The translations under genes and the position numbers were made by a program. The notes under the pieces are model-generated. The model worked only from the letters and a program-made list of their open reading frames with translations. It searched no databases and was not told the DNA's origin. Source: Escherichia phage vb_EcoM-VR5. Taken from it: a stretch of 64,000 bases of DNA. The stretch's first letter is position 1. The number at the start of each line of letters is the position of its first letter. Location of the stretch: the sequence record NC_028881.1, one strand, 5' to 3'. Of the stretch, positions 1 to 11,110 are shown piece after piece.

Positions 1-810
1 AACATTGTTAATACGGTTAACAGTCACATAATCAGTGAATTGCCACATCAGGTCCATGTCATCTTGGGACAATACTACTACAGCCTTGATAGGCTTATCG
101 GATTTTTTCTTCTCGCTGAATTTAGAGTTCTTACATTTAATCGCTACTCGATTTCCATTTGGAAGCCAGGTAGGAACATCAGGTTTCAGTACAAAGCCTT
201 CAGCCGTAAATACTTTGCCTTCAACCTTTGGAATAAAATCAGTCGAGTTTGCGATAGTCAGGCCTGCATTATCCACCGCAAAATTGTAATCAGGAACCAC
301 AGAATCAAAATCATTAGGGAGCTTAATAAGGTCTTCAAAGCTACCAGTAGCCAGACATGGAGCCACCTTAAACTTGTGGATAATACAGAAAGCTTCCATC
401 AATGTATCAGTCAGAACAGATTCTGTGCCGTCGTCTTTAGTAACGCGGATATCGAACACATAAAAATCTTTATCACCATAATCCACATTCTTCTGAATAC
501 CTGAACCGGCGAACTCGCCATAAATCTGGTACGACTGATAATCAATCGATTCAATTAGATGCTGAACAGATTTAATAGAATCAGCATAATTCTTTAAAAC
601 AATTTCATAACCATAAAAGTCTTCAGCAGGAAGAATAGGGCCTGTGCGCTTAGCGCATGTGACTGCGTCACGTTCAATAATTAAACTAAAGTTCGTACCA
701 TGAATCTTCTCACGTGCTACCCACTCACCATCGGTCATACCATGGGTACGGAGTTTTTCAATGAACTTATTGTTGTAGTGGTTTTCCAGACTGCTATATT
801 TCTTGAACAT
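1..810 (-). CDS. rnlB: RNA ligase 2 (Rnl2), 5' portion; 3' end lies beyond window start
   Basis: Minus-strand frame open from ATG at 808-810 to the window edge (270 codons, hence absent from ORF track); translation [19 protein letters not shown]...EKIHGTNFS matches T4 Rnl2 including the KxHGxN adenylation motif. Confidence 0.9.
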   Translation of the reverse strand, partial: MFKKYSSLENHYNNKFIEKLRTHGMTDGEWVAREKIHGTNFSLIIERDAVTCAKRTGPILPAEDFYGYEIVLKNYADSIKSVQHLIESIDYQSYQIYGEFAGSGIQKNVDYGDKDFYVFDIRVTKDDGTESVLTDTLMEAFCIIHKFKVAPCLATGSFEDLIKLPNDFDSVVPDYNFAVDNAGLTIANSTDFIPKVEGKVFTAEGFVLKPDVPTWLPNGNRVAIKCKNSKFSEKKKSDKPIKAVVVLSQDDMDLMWQFTDYVTVNRINNV

Positions 811-896
811 AAATCACCATAATAAATATAATTAAATAGAAGAGCTAGTAATCTTCTGTCACCAAGCCAAATGGTTTAACGGAAGGACCTAGACCC

Positions 897-922
897 ATTA
901 TAACACACCTAAATTTAAAGCA
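897..922 (-). promoter_or_regulatory. MotA-box middle promoter-like element upstream of rnlB
   Basis: Minus strand reads TGCTTTA-(13 nt)-TATAAT, matching the T4 middle promoter architecture; core repeated at 28836. Confidence 0.45.
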
Positions 923-924
923 TA

Positions 925-1149
925 TTACTTTAGACAAAAAACGCGCTTAGCGCCGACCTTTTTATTAACCAAACGTTTACGATACACTACTTTTTCTCGT
1001 GCTTTAAATTTCTCTTTGGCATTTTCAACTTCAACCCAGGCCTTACCCATTTCTTTAGCAGTACCGCCTAAGAGCTTGGCTATTTCAATAAACGTCATAC
1101 CGGATTCATGTAAAAAATGTACTTTAACCTTATCCATAATGATTCCCAT
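925..1149 (-). CDS. hypothetical small basic protein, possible helix-turn-helix
   Basis: 74-aa ORF, Lys/Arg-rich; GMTFIEIAKLLGGTAKEMGKAW resembles an HTH; GTTTAC -35-like box upstream on minus strand. Confidence 0.45.
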   Translation of the reverse strand: MGIIMDKVKVHFLHESGMTFIEIAKLLGGTAKEMGKAWVEVENAKEKFKAREKVVYRKRLVNKKVGAKRVFCLK

Positions 1150-1287
1150 GTTGAGTTAGTGAAGCTATCTTAACATGGGATTTTTAACTTGTAAACAGGA
1201 GTTTTATGCCAGATATTCTTGAACGTAAAGATTTACTTTACATACCGCTAGTACCTTAATAAATATTAAATTAATAACGGGGGATTT

Positions 1288-2589
<1,302 letters not shown>

Positions 2590-2598
2590 GGACTACAA

Positions 2599-3417
2599 AT
2601 GGCTATTACATTAAGTCCATCTTCAATAGACGTAGAATACGGTGACTCTTATACAGTCACTGCTAATATTCCAGATATTAGCCCTGGTTCATCTATTGTG
2701 TATAACTGGACTAAGAATAAAAAATTTATTAGTTCCGGAACTAATGTATTCACTGAAATAGCATCATCGGTAGAAACATTCAGTATTGCGTGCCGAATTG
2801 AAATTATATCACCTGATAAAAACACTGAATATATTTTATCGGATTCTTGCTTGGTTAATGTTAGTAAAAACATAAAAGCGGACGGTATAAATTCTCAGCT
2901 AGTTTATTCACCGGATGTTCATAAAATAGGTGACCAAGTTATTCTTTCTGTAGAATCCCACCATGTAGACCCTGGCTATATTAAAGGAGTTATTTGGAAA
3001 GATCCATCGGGTAATGTCGTGTCAATTGGTAAAGAATATACGCATAAGATTAAGACGACAGAAGATGTTGTAGATGTAAAAATAGATTTGGCTTCTGAAA
3101 ATTATGCATATTACAATAAAACACTTCAAATTGTTCTTAAAGCTATTGAAGAAGATAATTCGGAGTGTAGTGTAAGATATATTCATCCTTTAGACCACAG
3201 GGATTCAGGATACATCTGGATGGGTTGGTGGGTTATGGACGAAATTGAAAGGGCTACGGTAGAAGGATTAAATTGGAAAGCGCCGGACGGTACTGACCTG
3301 AAGTATAAGTGCGACTTGAAAACTCTTTCTATAATGCTTGACTTATATAATAATGTTGAAGTACAAGAATCAAGGAATGGTTATATTCTAAACAGGGCAG
3401 ATTTACTTCCAAAATAA
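2599..3417 (+). CDS. Hoc-like protein: Ig-like N-terminal region plus Hoc-type C-terminal capsid-binding domain
   Basis: 272 aa; C-terminus YIHPLDHRDSGYIWMGWWVMDEIE...VEVQESRNGYIL aligns with Hoc C-terminus (YVHPLPVRSTAYIWCGWWVMDAIQ...VDVQESRNGRIV) encoded at 3442-4545. Confidence 0.75.
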   Translation: MAITLSPSSIDVEYGDSYTVTANIPDISPGSSIVYNWTKNKKFISSGTNVFTEIASSVETFSIACRIEIISPDKNTEYILSDSCLVNVSKNIKADGINSQLVYSPDVHKIGDQVILSVESHHVDPGYIKGVIWKDPSGNVVSIGKEYTHKIKTTEDVVDVKIDLASENYAYYNKTLQIVLKAIEEDNSECSVRYIHPLDHRDSGYIWMGWWVMDEIERATVEGLNWKAPDGTDLKYKCDLKTLSIMLDLYNNVEVQESRNGYILNRADLLPK

Positions 3418-3420
3418 AAA

Positions 3421-3434
3421 GGGCCGCAAGGCCC
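3421..3434. terminator. GC hairpin between convergent genes, likely bidirectional terminator
   Basis: gggcc-gcaa-ggccc flanked by A-run upstream and T-run downstream. Confidence 0.6.
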
Positions 3435-3441
3435 TTTATCA

Positions 3442-4545
3442 TTAATAGACGTAATCGTATATAATACCAGCTTCCAATGCCGAACGGTGGACGATACGAC
3501 CGTTACGAGATTCCTGTACATCAACTTCCGGGTAATCACTAAGCATTTTGGCTAATACCGCCAGATGACAATAATATGGTGTATTCTCTTTAGTGGCTTT
3601 TTTCCAATCTGTACTTTCAGATGTTAATTTCTGAATGGCGTCCATAACCCACCAACCACACCAAATATACGCAGTACTACGAACAGGAAGTGGATGTACA
3701 TAAATTAAAGGACATTCTTCTGGAACAACAGGCTCTGCTTCTGCCACCGTAACAGACTTATTACCTGATTTAACTGAATTTGTAAAGCCTGTTTGCGATG
3801 CTGTAACTTCACAAGTATATGACTTCAAGCCTTCAGTGGATTCCGTTATTGCTCTTGTTGCTTCTGTTGAGTTGTCGTCCCATTTATATGCAAGAGTAGC
3901 GCCAGGAATAGCAGGGGACACAGAAGCTGTCAAATTGAATGGAACATCAACCGTCGCAGTAGACGGGCCTGAAATCTCAACAGTGAACTCAGGAAATGTA
4001 TTGTTTTCGACCGTAACAACTACTGCATCAGGATTAATAACTTGATTGTCATAATCTGCCGCAGAAACGGTAATTTGGCAAGTTAAAGAAACCGGTCCTG
4101 CAACAGTAGCGGTACGAGTAATATCTTTAGTAGTTTCACCAGTAGACCACAAATATGCTATTGTAGCTCCACCTGGTTCACCTGTTACATTAGCCGAAGC
4201 GTTATATTCCTGACCAACTTTAACAGTAGGAGTGGAAGTTGTTAATGTTGCAGTTGCAGCCATAGTCTTATTATTAACCGTGATGGTTGTTTGAGCCTCT
4301 GCCGTTTCAGGCTCTCCTTCTTCCGGCGTTGTGGTGGCAACAACTTTAATTACTTTTGAACCTGCTGGCCCAGCTGCAATATAATCCATAGTAGCAATAA
4401 CAGAATCTTGTGGAACATCATCAACGGTCCATACAAAAGATTCGGTACCAGCGACAGCGGCTCCAGCTCCAGTGGCAGTAAAATTAGTTGTTGCACCTAT
4501 AACCGCTGTAGGTGTTAAAGGGGCAATTGATACAGTATAAGCCAT
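3442..4545 (-). CDS. hoc: Hoc, highly immunogenic outer capsid protein
   Basis: 367 aa; N-terminal Ig-like repeats and C-terminal ...HPLPVRSTAYIWCGWWVMD...YPEVDVQESRNG closely match T4 Hoc. Confidence 0.9.
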   Translation of the reverse strand: MAYTVSIAPLTPTAVIGATTNFTATGAGAAVAGTESFVWTVDDVPQDSVIATMDYIAAGPAGSKVIKVVATTTPEEGEPETAEAQTTITVNNKTMAATATLTTSTPTVKVGQEYNASANVTGEPGGATIAYLWSTGETTKDITRTATVAGPVSLTCQITVSAADYDNQVINPDAVVVTVENNTFPEFTVEISGPSTATVDVPFNLTASVSPAIPGATLAYKWDDNSTEATRAITESTEGLKSYTCEVTASQTGFTNSVKSGNKSVTVAEAEPVVPEECPLIYVHPLPVRSTAYIWCGWWVMDAIQKLTSESTDWKKATKENTPYYCHLAVLAKMLSDYPEVDVQESRNGRIVHRSALEAGIIYDYVY

Positions 4546-4571
4546 AAAATCTCCAAAAGGCCCTAGTGGCC

Positions 4572-5255
4572 TTAGTTTAAACGAATAAAAGATGAGTTAC
4601 GTGTTTCACGAATAAGAATGGAACCGTCACGATTGATATAGTAAATCAAACTAAACAATGTTTGGTGTGCGCTTGCATGAGTAAAAGAAGTAGGGCGTTC
4701 TTTCCAGTCCGGGGTCTCTTTAATCCACTGGTAAATCCACCAAGGAAGAGTACAATAACCTGGGGCTTTGCCCAGCATAAGCAGATTAGGACTAAAATTT
4801 TCAGGTAATTTAAATTTAGGGTTTTCAGATTCAACAATCTTAGATACCGCTTCTTCGAACTTCTCTTCAACAAAAGGAGTTTCAACAACAGCTATTTCAA
4901 CTGTTTCTGGGATATCTTTGATTTCAATAACTTCAACAGGTTCGGCAGGGGCCGTCGGAGCGTCAAATAATAATTTAGCTTCAATTTTAGATTCTTCAAC
5001 ATTTGCCAGGTGAGCATTAGTGCCCTGAAGCTCATCGTCGGCATCGATTAAATCAGTAATAGATAAACCTTCAGTTTCAGGTATAGGTTCATCTGCTATA
5101 GCCTTAAGGGCTTCAGCGATGTCTATTACCAAGTTGTCAAAACTTTTAGTTTTCTTAAGTTTTAAACCGAACTGTTCGCCGTATTCGATTAACTTAGCTT
5201 TAGCTTCTTTTTTATCTTCGAGTGAACGAAGCTCTTCAATATATTGAGTATCCAT
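4572..5255 (-). CDS. inh: Inh-like protein (inhibitor of prohead protease), by position and size
   Basis: 227-aa acidic ORF between hoc and uvsW as in T4 (Inh 226 aa); late promoter upstream; no motif-level confirmation. Confidence 0.5.
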   Translation of the reverse strand: MDTQYIEELRSLEDKKEAKAKLIEYGEQFGLKLKKTKSFDNLVIDIAEALKAIADEPIPETEGLSITDLIDADDELQGTNAHLANVEESKIEAKLLFDAPTAPAEPVEVIEIKDIPETVEIAVVETPFVEEKFEEAVSKIVESENPKFKLPENFSPNLLMLGKAPGYCTLPWWIYQWIKETPDWKERPTSFTHASAHQTLFSLIYYINRDGSILIRETRNSSFIRLN

Positions 5256-5274
5256 AATTAGTCTCTTGTTGGTG

Positions 5275-5282
5275 TATAAATA
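5275..5282 (+). promoter_or_regulatory. late promoter TATAAATA upstream of uvsW
   Basis: Exact TATAAATA 29 nt upstream of uvsW ATG. Confidence 0.6.
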
Positions 5283-5288
5283 TAACTA

Positions 5289-5296
5289 TATTTATA
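5289..5296 (-). promoter_or_regulatory. late promoter (TATAAATA on minus strand) upstream of inh
   Basis: TATTTATA on plus strand 34 nt upstream of the inh start; divergent from the uvsW promoter. Confidence 0.5.
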
Positions 5297-5310
5297 ACTG
5301 AGAATTAGAC

Positions 5311-6807
5311 ATGCAAATTCAAGTACATTTTGATAATTTTAGTCATGTTCGTATTGAGTGTGATGAATCCACATTCTACGAACTTAGAGACTATTTCAGT
5401 TTTGAAGCTGATGGATACAAATTTAACCCTAAATATCGTTATGGTCAATGGGACGGGAGAATTCGTCTTCTAGATTATAACCGTAAACTTCCATACGGTT
5501 TAGTCCCACAAATTAAAAAATTCGCTGACCAGTTTGAATACTCTCTTTGGATAGACCCTCGTATTCTTGAACAAGAAGATATTTCTCGTGAAGATTTTGA
5601 CTCATGGGTGGCTTCCCAGGAAATTTATTCGGGTTCTACCAAGATTGAGCCTCATTGGTATCAGAGTGAAGCAGTATACAACGGCCTGACAAAACGTCGT
5701 GCAATTCTGAATTTACCTACATCTGCAGGTAAATCATTGATTCAGGCGCTCCTGAGTCGATATTACGTTGAGAACTATGAAGGTAAAATTTTAATCCTTG
5801 TCCCAACTACTGCACTCGTCGACCAGATGATTAATGACTTCATCGATTATCGCTTGTTCCCTAAATCTGCTATGCTTGGTATTCGTTCAGGTACTGCACG
5901 TGATTCAGATGCAATGATTTATGTTTCAACTTATCAGACTGCTATTAAACAACCTAAAGAATGGTTTGCCCAGTTTGGTATGTTTATGAACGATGAATGT
6001 CATTTGGCTACAGGTAAATCAATTTCTACTATTATCGAAGGCCTTACCAATTGTATGTTTAAATTTGGTTTGTCTGGTTCTTTAAAAGATGGTAAAGCTA
6101 ACCTTATGCAATACATGGGTTTGTTTGGTGATATTTTTAAACCCGTTTCCACCTCCCAATTAATGGAAGAAGGACAGGTCACTGATTTAAAAATAAACAG
6201 TATTTTCCTTCGTTACCCTGATGAATTCACCATTAAGATGAAAGGTAAAGATTACCAATCAGAAATTAAAGTCATTACTAAGGCTACTCGTCGTAATAAA
6301 TGGGTTGCTAATTTAGCTGTTAAACTCGCTAAGAAAGAAGAGAATGTATTCTTGATGTTTAAAAACATCGAGCATGGTAAAACTCTTTTTGAAATGGTTA
6401 AAGAGCAACATAAAGAAGTTTATTACGTATCAGGCGAAGTTAATACAGAAACTCGTAATGCTCTTAAGTTAATGGCTGAAAATGGTAAGGGTATTATTGT
6501 TGTGGCAAGTTATGGTGTATTTTCTACAGGTATTTCTGTTAAGAATCTCCATCACGTAATATTTGCCCATCCTGTAAAATCTAAAATTATTGTGCTGCAA
6601 ACCATCGGTCGTGTACTTCGTAAACATGCATCCAAGACCACCGCACAGGTTTGGGATATTATAGACGACATGGGCGTTAAGCCTAAATCAGCAAATGCCA
6701 AAAAGAAGTATGTTCATTTGAATTATGCATTAAAACATGCCTTAGAACGTATTCAACGTTATGCTGACGAAAAATTTAATTACGTAATGAAACAGGTGGA
6801 TTTATGA
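5311..6807 (+). CDS. uvsW: UvsW RNA-DNA/DNA-DNA helicase
   Basis: 498 aa; near-identical stretches to T4 UvsW (HWYQ..., LPTSAGKS, MNDECHLATGKSIS, VASYGVFSTGISVKNLHHV). Confidence 0.95.
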   Translation: MQIQVHFDNFSHVRIECDESTFYELRDYFSFEADGYKFNPKYRYGQWDGRIRLLDYNRKLPYGLVPQIKKFADQFEYSLWIDPRILEQEDISREDFDSWVASQEIYSGSTKIEPHWYQSEAVYNGLTKRRAILNLPTSAGKSLIQALLSRYYVENYEGKILILVPTTALVDQMINDFIDYRLFPKSAMLGIRSGTARDSDAMIYVSTYQTAIKQPKEWFAQFGMFMNDECHLATGKSISTIIEGLTNCMFKFGLSGSLKDGKANLMQYMGLFGDIFKPVSTSQLMEEGQVTDLKINSIFLRYPDEFTIKMKGKDYQSEIKVITKATRRNKWVANLAVKLAKKEENVFLMFKNIEHGKTLFEMVKEQHKEVYYVSGEVNTETRNALKLMAENGKGIIVVASYGVFSTGISVKNLHHVIFAHPVKSKIIVLQTIGRVLRKHASKTTAQVWDIIDDMGVKPKSANAKKKYVHLNYALKHALERIQRYADEKFNYVMKQVDL

Positions 6808-7031
6808 AGTCCTTTAAAGAAGTTATCTATGAAGCCTCTATCGAGAGCTTCATGTCTAAAATTAGTTCTTGCCAAACCATGGACGGTTTGGAGGAATTGG
6901 AGAAGTATTACAAAACCCGAAGTAAAGAAGCCGAACTTCGTGATTCGGATGATATCAGTGTCCGTGATGCCCTAGCAGGTAAACGATCTGAATTAGAATC
7001 TATGGATGATGACGAAGAAGAAGAGTTCTAA
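6804..7031 (+). CDS. UvsW.1-like small acidic protein
   Basis: 75-aa ORF overlapping the uvsW stop, ending in an acidic tail (DDDEEEEF); position as T4 uvsW.1. Confidence 0.6.
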   Translation: MKSFKEVIYEASIESFMSKISSCQTMDGLEELEKYYKTRSKEAELRDSDDISVRDALAGKRSELESMDDDEEEEF

Positions 7032-7041
7032 AACAAAAAAA

Positions 7042-7063
7042 GGCCCAACCTTTCGGAAGGGCC
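7042..7063. terminator. GC hairpin between convergent uvsW.1 and the uvsY-side genes
   Basis: ggcccaacc-tttcgg-aagggcc with A-run on plus strand (T-run on minus). Confidence 0.5.
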
Positions 7064-7094
7064 AATAACCATAAAAATGGCTATACACACTAGA

Positions 7095-7262
7095 CTAAAG
7101 CAATAATTGTGTTTCGTTCAGCTGTTCTTCAGTGTTTTCCGTAACAGGCATGCTTTGAACGTAATTATAACATGGACCTGGATGAACCGGACCTTTTTCT
7201 GTTTCAACAACCAATGCAGCATCGATTGGAGTTTTACAGACAACGCAAATCTTATCTGACAT
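7095..7262 (-). CDS. small Cys-containing protein (uvsY.-2 position)
   Basis: 55-aa ORF below the ORF-track cutoff, MSDKICVVCKTPIDAALVVETEKGPVHPGPCYNY...; CxxC...C suggests a zinc ribbon. Confidence 0.5.
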   Translation of the reverse strand: MSDKICVVCKTPIDAALVVETEKGPVHPGPCYNYVQSMPVTENTEEQLNETQLLL

Positions 7263-7402
7263 GATTGTCTCCTTAGTTTATCTTACATATCTATTTATTA
7301 CTCTTCATAATAGCAGCACGAGCTTTCATCTCATTAACAATTTCGGTTATTCGGTTTGCAGAGATAACCATCTCGTCGAGAATCTTACTAATATTTTTTC
7401 AT

Positions 7403-7636
7403 TTAACTTTCCTTAAAGTATCTCATACCCGTATCTATCCCCATATTGTGAGAATAGAACGCATCATCGATGTATCCTGCAAATTTACCTTTAACATAGA
7501 TAACATCTTCACCACAAGGGTGGTCAGCGCAGATACGAATATCTGCACGATTCAATTTCCATTCCTTCATCATATACTTAATTTCTTCTTCGAACTCTTC
7601 GTCTTGGTTAAACGCATCGTCGATAGAATATCGCAT
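7403..7636 (-). CDS. hypothetical protein (uvsY.-1 position)
   Basis: 77-aa ORF immediately downstream of uvsY, ATG overlapping the uvsY stop. Confidence 0.5.
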   Translation of the reverse strand: MRYSIDDAFNQDEEFEEEIKYMMKEWKLNRADIRICADHPCGEDVIYVKGKFAGYIDDAFYSHNMGIDTGMRYFKES

Positions 7637-8070
7637 TACTTGCCTGCCTCAAATTGTCTCATCTCATGCATTGTCTTAAGGTTAAAACCCCGTGCCTTAA
7701 TAGCATCTAATGCCGAACTACAAAAGTCTTGTAATAAAGCCCAATACTGGATTGATGTATCGATTTTAATTACGCTTGAATCCGCAGCCATTACGGTCTT
7801 TAATTCCGACTTCTCGTACTGGTCCATACAAACCTCATCACCAGGCTCTCCACGTCCCGTGTAGAAATCTAATCTCTTCTTAAGAGAGGTCTTTTTCTGG
7901 ATTTCTAATCGCATTATCTCTTTCTTACAATTCGTATATAGTCTTAGCCATTTGCTGTGCAGCAAAACGTTGTTCTGTACTTCATACTGTAAACGAGTCC
8001 CATCAATCTTTAAATCTTCATCTAATGCATCTTGGAACGATTCTAATTTATATTCAATCTCTTTACTCAT
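7636..8070 (-). CDS. uvsY: UvsY recombination mediator
   Basis: ORF trimmed to internal ATG (MSKEIEYKLE...), 144 aa; strong match to T4 UvsY (TRLQYE..NNV.L.SKWL, LLQDFCSSALDAIKARGF, FEAGK terminus). Confidence 0.9.
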   Translation of the reverse strand: MSKEIEYKLESFQDALDEDLKIDGTRLQYEVQNNVLLHSKWLRLYTNCKKEIMRLEIQKKTSLKKRLDFYTGRGEPGDEVCMDQYEKSELKTVMAADSSVIKIDTSIQYWALLQDFCSSALDAIKARGFNLKTMHEMRQFEAGK

Positions 8071-8101
8071 AGCATGTTTCCTGTTGAATGACCGTAGGAC
8101 C

Positions 8102-8127
8102 ATTATACACCATTTGTTTGTACAGCA
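8102..8127 (-). promoter_or_regulatory. MotA-box middle promoter-like element upstream of uvsY
   Basis: Minus strand TGCTGTA-(13 nt)-TATAAT about 30 nt upstream of the uvsY ATG. Confidence 0.45.
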
Positions 8128-8128
8128 A

Positions 8129-8518
8129 TTAACCACTCTGTGAGAGCTGGATTCTAATTTGCTCTAATGTGTCCGGGTCGTCAACAATACTAAACTGGAC
8201 TGTTACTATAATAGAGTTGTCATCATAAACAGGGGTTACACCTACAGCAAGAGCAGAAATTCTGGGTTCGAAGTTCCGCACGGCGGAAACTATATTACGC
8301 TTAATGGTATCTGTTATTAATGGGGTAATATTCTCAAACAACTGATTGCTAATATCACATCCAAATTCAGGCATAAAAGGGCGAGAACCTTTACGAGTAG
8401 TAATAATGCCTAACAAACTATTTTTTACTGCACGGGACCCTGTAGCTTTAGCGACGTCTCTATTCCAAGACGTCCTCATTTCGGGGTCCAAATCTGAATA
8501 CATTTTATTGATATTCAT
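8129..8518 (-). CDS. 25: baseplate wedge subunit gp25
   Basis: 129 aa; matches T4 gp25 (LLGIITTRKGSRPF.PEFGCD, VRN.EPRI..LAV.V.PVYDD). Confidence 0.9.
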   Translation of the reverse strand: MNINKMYSDLDPEMRTSWNRDVAKATGSRAVKNSLLGIITTRKGSRPFMPEFGCDISNQLFENITPLITDTIKRNIVSAVRNFEPRISALAVGVTPVYDDNSIIVTVQFSIVDDPDTLEQIRIQLSQSG

Positions 8519-9141
8519 TACATCACCTTAAAGAACTCTTTAAGTCCCTCAATAACGTGGACGGTGTGCTCACCACATTCACAAGAAATAGGTATAGCCA
8601 AAATAGGCTTAGGGGCGACTAGAGCGTCATAAACTTCTTTTATATCTTTTTCTGTTATCACAGAATAAAGGTCATCTAGTTCCGCATCACTTAAATCGGA
8701 AAGAAGAAGCTTTTCGCCTGCAGAAGTTAAAATATAATCGATACACCCTGCGACCATCATAGCTCTATTTTTGTCTTCAAAGAGTTTAGGATATCTGAAC
8801 ACAATTTTAAAGTTACCAAAGTCCTTAATAACATCAGGCTCTTTACCTAATGTAGCGCGAGTTAATGTCATAGGGACAACCTGTGAGCGACCACAACTAC
8901 AAACCCACTCACGTTCTATATTCACTTCAGCTAATGAATGGGCCCACAGGTTTATCACCAGGAGATCAGATTCTTGCTTGTTTAAATCACGAGCATCTGT
9001 GCAATTCAAAATGAGTTCATTGATAAAGGACTCTATTCTGTCTTCTAATTTAGCTTGGAGCAAGTCCTTATACTCTCTGAGGGTAAATGCTCTGCATTTT
9101 ATAGTCTTGTTTTTAATTTTTACATCAAAAGTATAATTCAT
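8518..9141 (-). CDS. 26: baseplate hub subunit gp26
   Basis: 207-aa ORF in the T4 gp26 position between 25 and the divergent 51; size matches. Confidence 0.7.
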   Translation of the reverse strand: MNYTFDVKIKNKTIKCRAFTLREYKDLLQAKLEDRIESFINELILNCTDARDLNKQESDLLVINLWAHSLAEVNIEREWVCSCGRSQVVPMTLTRATLGKEPDVIKDFGNFKIVFRYPKLFEDKNRAMMVAGCIDYILTSAGEKLLLSDLSDAELDDLYSVITEKDIKEVYDALVAPKPILAIPISCECGEHTVHVIEGLKEFFKVM

Positions 9142-9158
9142 TGTCTTCTCCTTTAAGC

Positions 9159-9170
9159 TTATTTATAAAT
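9159..9170. promoter_or_regulatory. overlapping divergent late promoters (TATTTATAAATA)
   Basis: Contains TATAAATA on plus strand (for gene 51) and its reverse complement (for gene 26) in the 26/51 divergent intergenic region. Confidence 0.55.
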
Positions 9171-9191
9171 ACATCAATAAGAGGATACCTT

Positions 9192-9944
9192 ATGGCTAAT
9201 ATAGTACGTTGCGAAATGCCTGATGGAGTCCACCGATTTAAACCTTTTACCGTAGCTGATTATCGTGATTTTATTTTGATTCGAAATGATATGAATAACA
9301 AATCACCTGAAGAGCAAAAACAAATTTTAGATGAGTTACTAGAAGAATATTTCGGTGAGTACCCTATGTCATGGCGACCATACATGTTTATTGAACTGTA
9401 TACGTCATCTCTCGGCAAGACCAAAATTCCTATCCGTTACACTTGCAGTAAGTGTGAAAAAGATAGACAAGTTTTATTTAATTTGAAGCAGACTAAGTTA
9501 GATAACCCTACAATTGAAGTGGCTGGCTTGAAACTGACCTTCAAATTCCCTGAAATAGAATATCATGATAAATCTGAATTGATTTTGAATACCCTCCAAA
9601 CCGTAGAAGATGAAAACGGGGTTTATAATTGGGTAGACCTTTCTGAAGAGGACCAGTTAGCTGTAATAGATGCTATAGACTTATCTACTTTAGAGGATAT
9701 AGTCAAACAAACCAGCCCTATTCATTTCGAACTCAAGTATGGATGCTGTAATCGTAGAACAATTACGTATACCGATATTTTAGAAGTGTTTAAGCTTATA
9801 GTCAATCCGGATGAGATATTTTTATTTTACCAAATAAACCATTTACTGGTAAAGAACAATTATTCGTTAGAAAGCATTATGCAGATGATTCCAATCGAAC
9901 GCGGTATTGCTTTGTCTTTGGTTGAAAAGGACCTTAAGAAATGA
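9192..9944 (+). CDS. 51: baseplate hub assembly catalyst gp51
   Basis: ORF trimmed to ATG at 9192 ([12 protein letters not shown]...) preceded by AGGAT; 250 aa; position and size as T4 gp51. Confidence 0.7.
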   Translation: MANIVRCEMPDGVHRFKPFTVADYRDFILIRNDMNNKSPEEQKQILDELLEEYFGEYPMSWRPYMFIELYTSSLGKTKIPIRYTCSKCEKDRQVLFNLKQTKLDNPTIEVAGLKLTFKFPEIEYHDKSELILNTLQTVEDENGVYNWVDLSEEDQLAVIDAIDLSTLEDIVKQTSPIHFELKYGCCNRRTITYTDILEVFKLIVNPDEIFLFYQINHLLVKNNYSLESIMQMIPIERGIALSLVEKDLKK

Positions 9945-11110
9945 GTTCAAAAACTATGCAGCGTGAAGGCTTTCCTAATATTAGTATACGCCTTTACGAA
10001 GATTATGACGCCTGGTTAGAGCATCGTTTTGTTGAACTAGGCGCGACATTTACTACCCTAACAATGCGAGACGGGCTTTACGGTAGTAATGAAGGATTGC
10101 TCCAGTTTTATGATGCAAAAAACCTTCATACCAAAATGGATGGTGAACAGATTATCCAAGTTTCCGTTAAGAACGCCAACTCAGAACGTACCCAATCAAG
10201 AATTTATGGAACCAAGCATTTTGCCGTAGGAGTGGATTCTAAGGGCGATAATATCATAACAATACAACTCGCCCCGATCCACTTTTTAGAAAATCTTAAA
10301 TTCGGACGTATGTTTTTCCCTAGTGTTCAAGAAACATTAACTGAAATGATTGGGGTTATTTACCAGGACCGACCGCTTCTTGCCCCACCACTGAACGGGA
10401 TAAACGTTTATGTTCCTAATGTCCCGTGGTGTGATTCTATGGATAGATATATGGAGTTTGTACGAGAAGTCGGTATGGCCGTTGAATCTGATAAATTTGT
10501 ATTTGTTTGGGAAGATATAGATGGTATTTCTATTATGGACTACGAATTTATGGTTAATCAAGAGCCGATCAATTTTGTAGTAGGTGAGCCTCGTTTAATA
10601 GGACAGTATGTCCAAGATATGGACACTCCTATTGCATTTGATTTTGAGTGGCTAACTAAAGCTAACCAACATAGCCGAAAACCATACGAAAACGCCACAG
10701 TATACGCCCATTCGTTCTTAGATAAAAACGCTACACGAATTACTTTTGGAGACGGGCAAAACAGTATATTAGTTTCTCGTTCCGGTGGATATTCTGATTA
10801 TACATATCGAAACGGATTTGAAGAAGCCGATAGATTAGTTACTATGGCCCAGTATGATGGATATGCTCATTGCAAGGTATACGGGAACTTTGAATTAACC
10901 CCAGGTGATAAGATTAATTTCTATGACCCTAAAAACCAATTCCAGTACGATTTTTATGTAGACGAAGTTATTCATGAAGTGAGTAACAATACATCAATTA
11001 CAAACCTTTATATGTTTACCAATGGTAAGCCTATTAAGATTGAAGAACCACCGAAGGTTAAAAATGAACTTAAAACTGATACTCCCGATCAAGAAAATAA
11101 CGCTGGGTGA
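9941..11110 (+). CDS. 27: baseplate hub subunit gp27
   Basis: 389-aa ORF, overlaps the gp51 stop; position and size as T4 gp27 (391 aa). Confidence 0.8.
   Translation: MSSKTMQREGFPNISIRLYEDYDAWLEHRFVELGATFTTLTMRDGLYGSNEGLLQFYDAKNLHTKMDGEQIIQVSVKNANSERTQSRIYGTKHFAVGVDSKGDNIITIQLAPIHFLENLKFGRMFFPSVQETLTEMIGVIYQDRPLLAPPLNGINVYVPNVPWCDSMDRYMEFVREVGMAVESDKFVFVWEDIDGISIMDYEFMVNQEPINFVVGEPRLIGQYVQDMDTPIAFDFEWLTKANQHSRKPYENATVYAHSFLDKNATRITFGDGQNSILVSRSGGYSDYTYRNGFEEADRLVTMAQYDGYAHCKVYGNFELTPGDKINFYDPKNQFQYDFYVDEVIHEVSNNTSITNLYMFTNGKPIKIEEPPKVKNELKTDTPDQENNAG

Noticed and set aside
35-504. Plus-strand ORFs 35-289 and 40-504
   Set aside because: They lie antisense within the minus-strand rnlB coding region, which has a strong T4 Rnl2 match; treated as shadow ORFs
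1258-1266. Possible late promoter TAATAAATA upstream of the collagen-like gene
   Set aside because: One mismatch from the strongly conserved TATAAATA; not called as a promoter
7291-7371. 26-codon ORF between the two small uvsY-downstream genes
   Set aside because: Too short and without a recognisable ribosome-binding site to support as a gene
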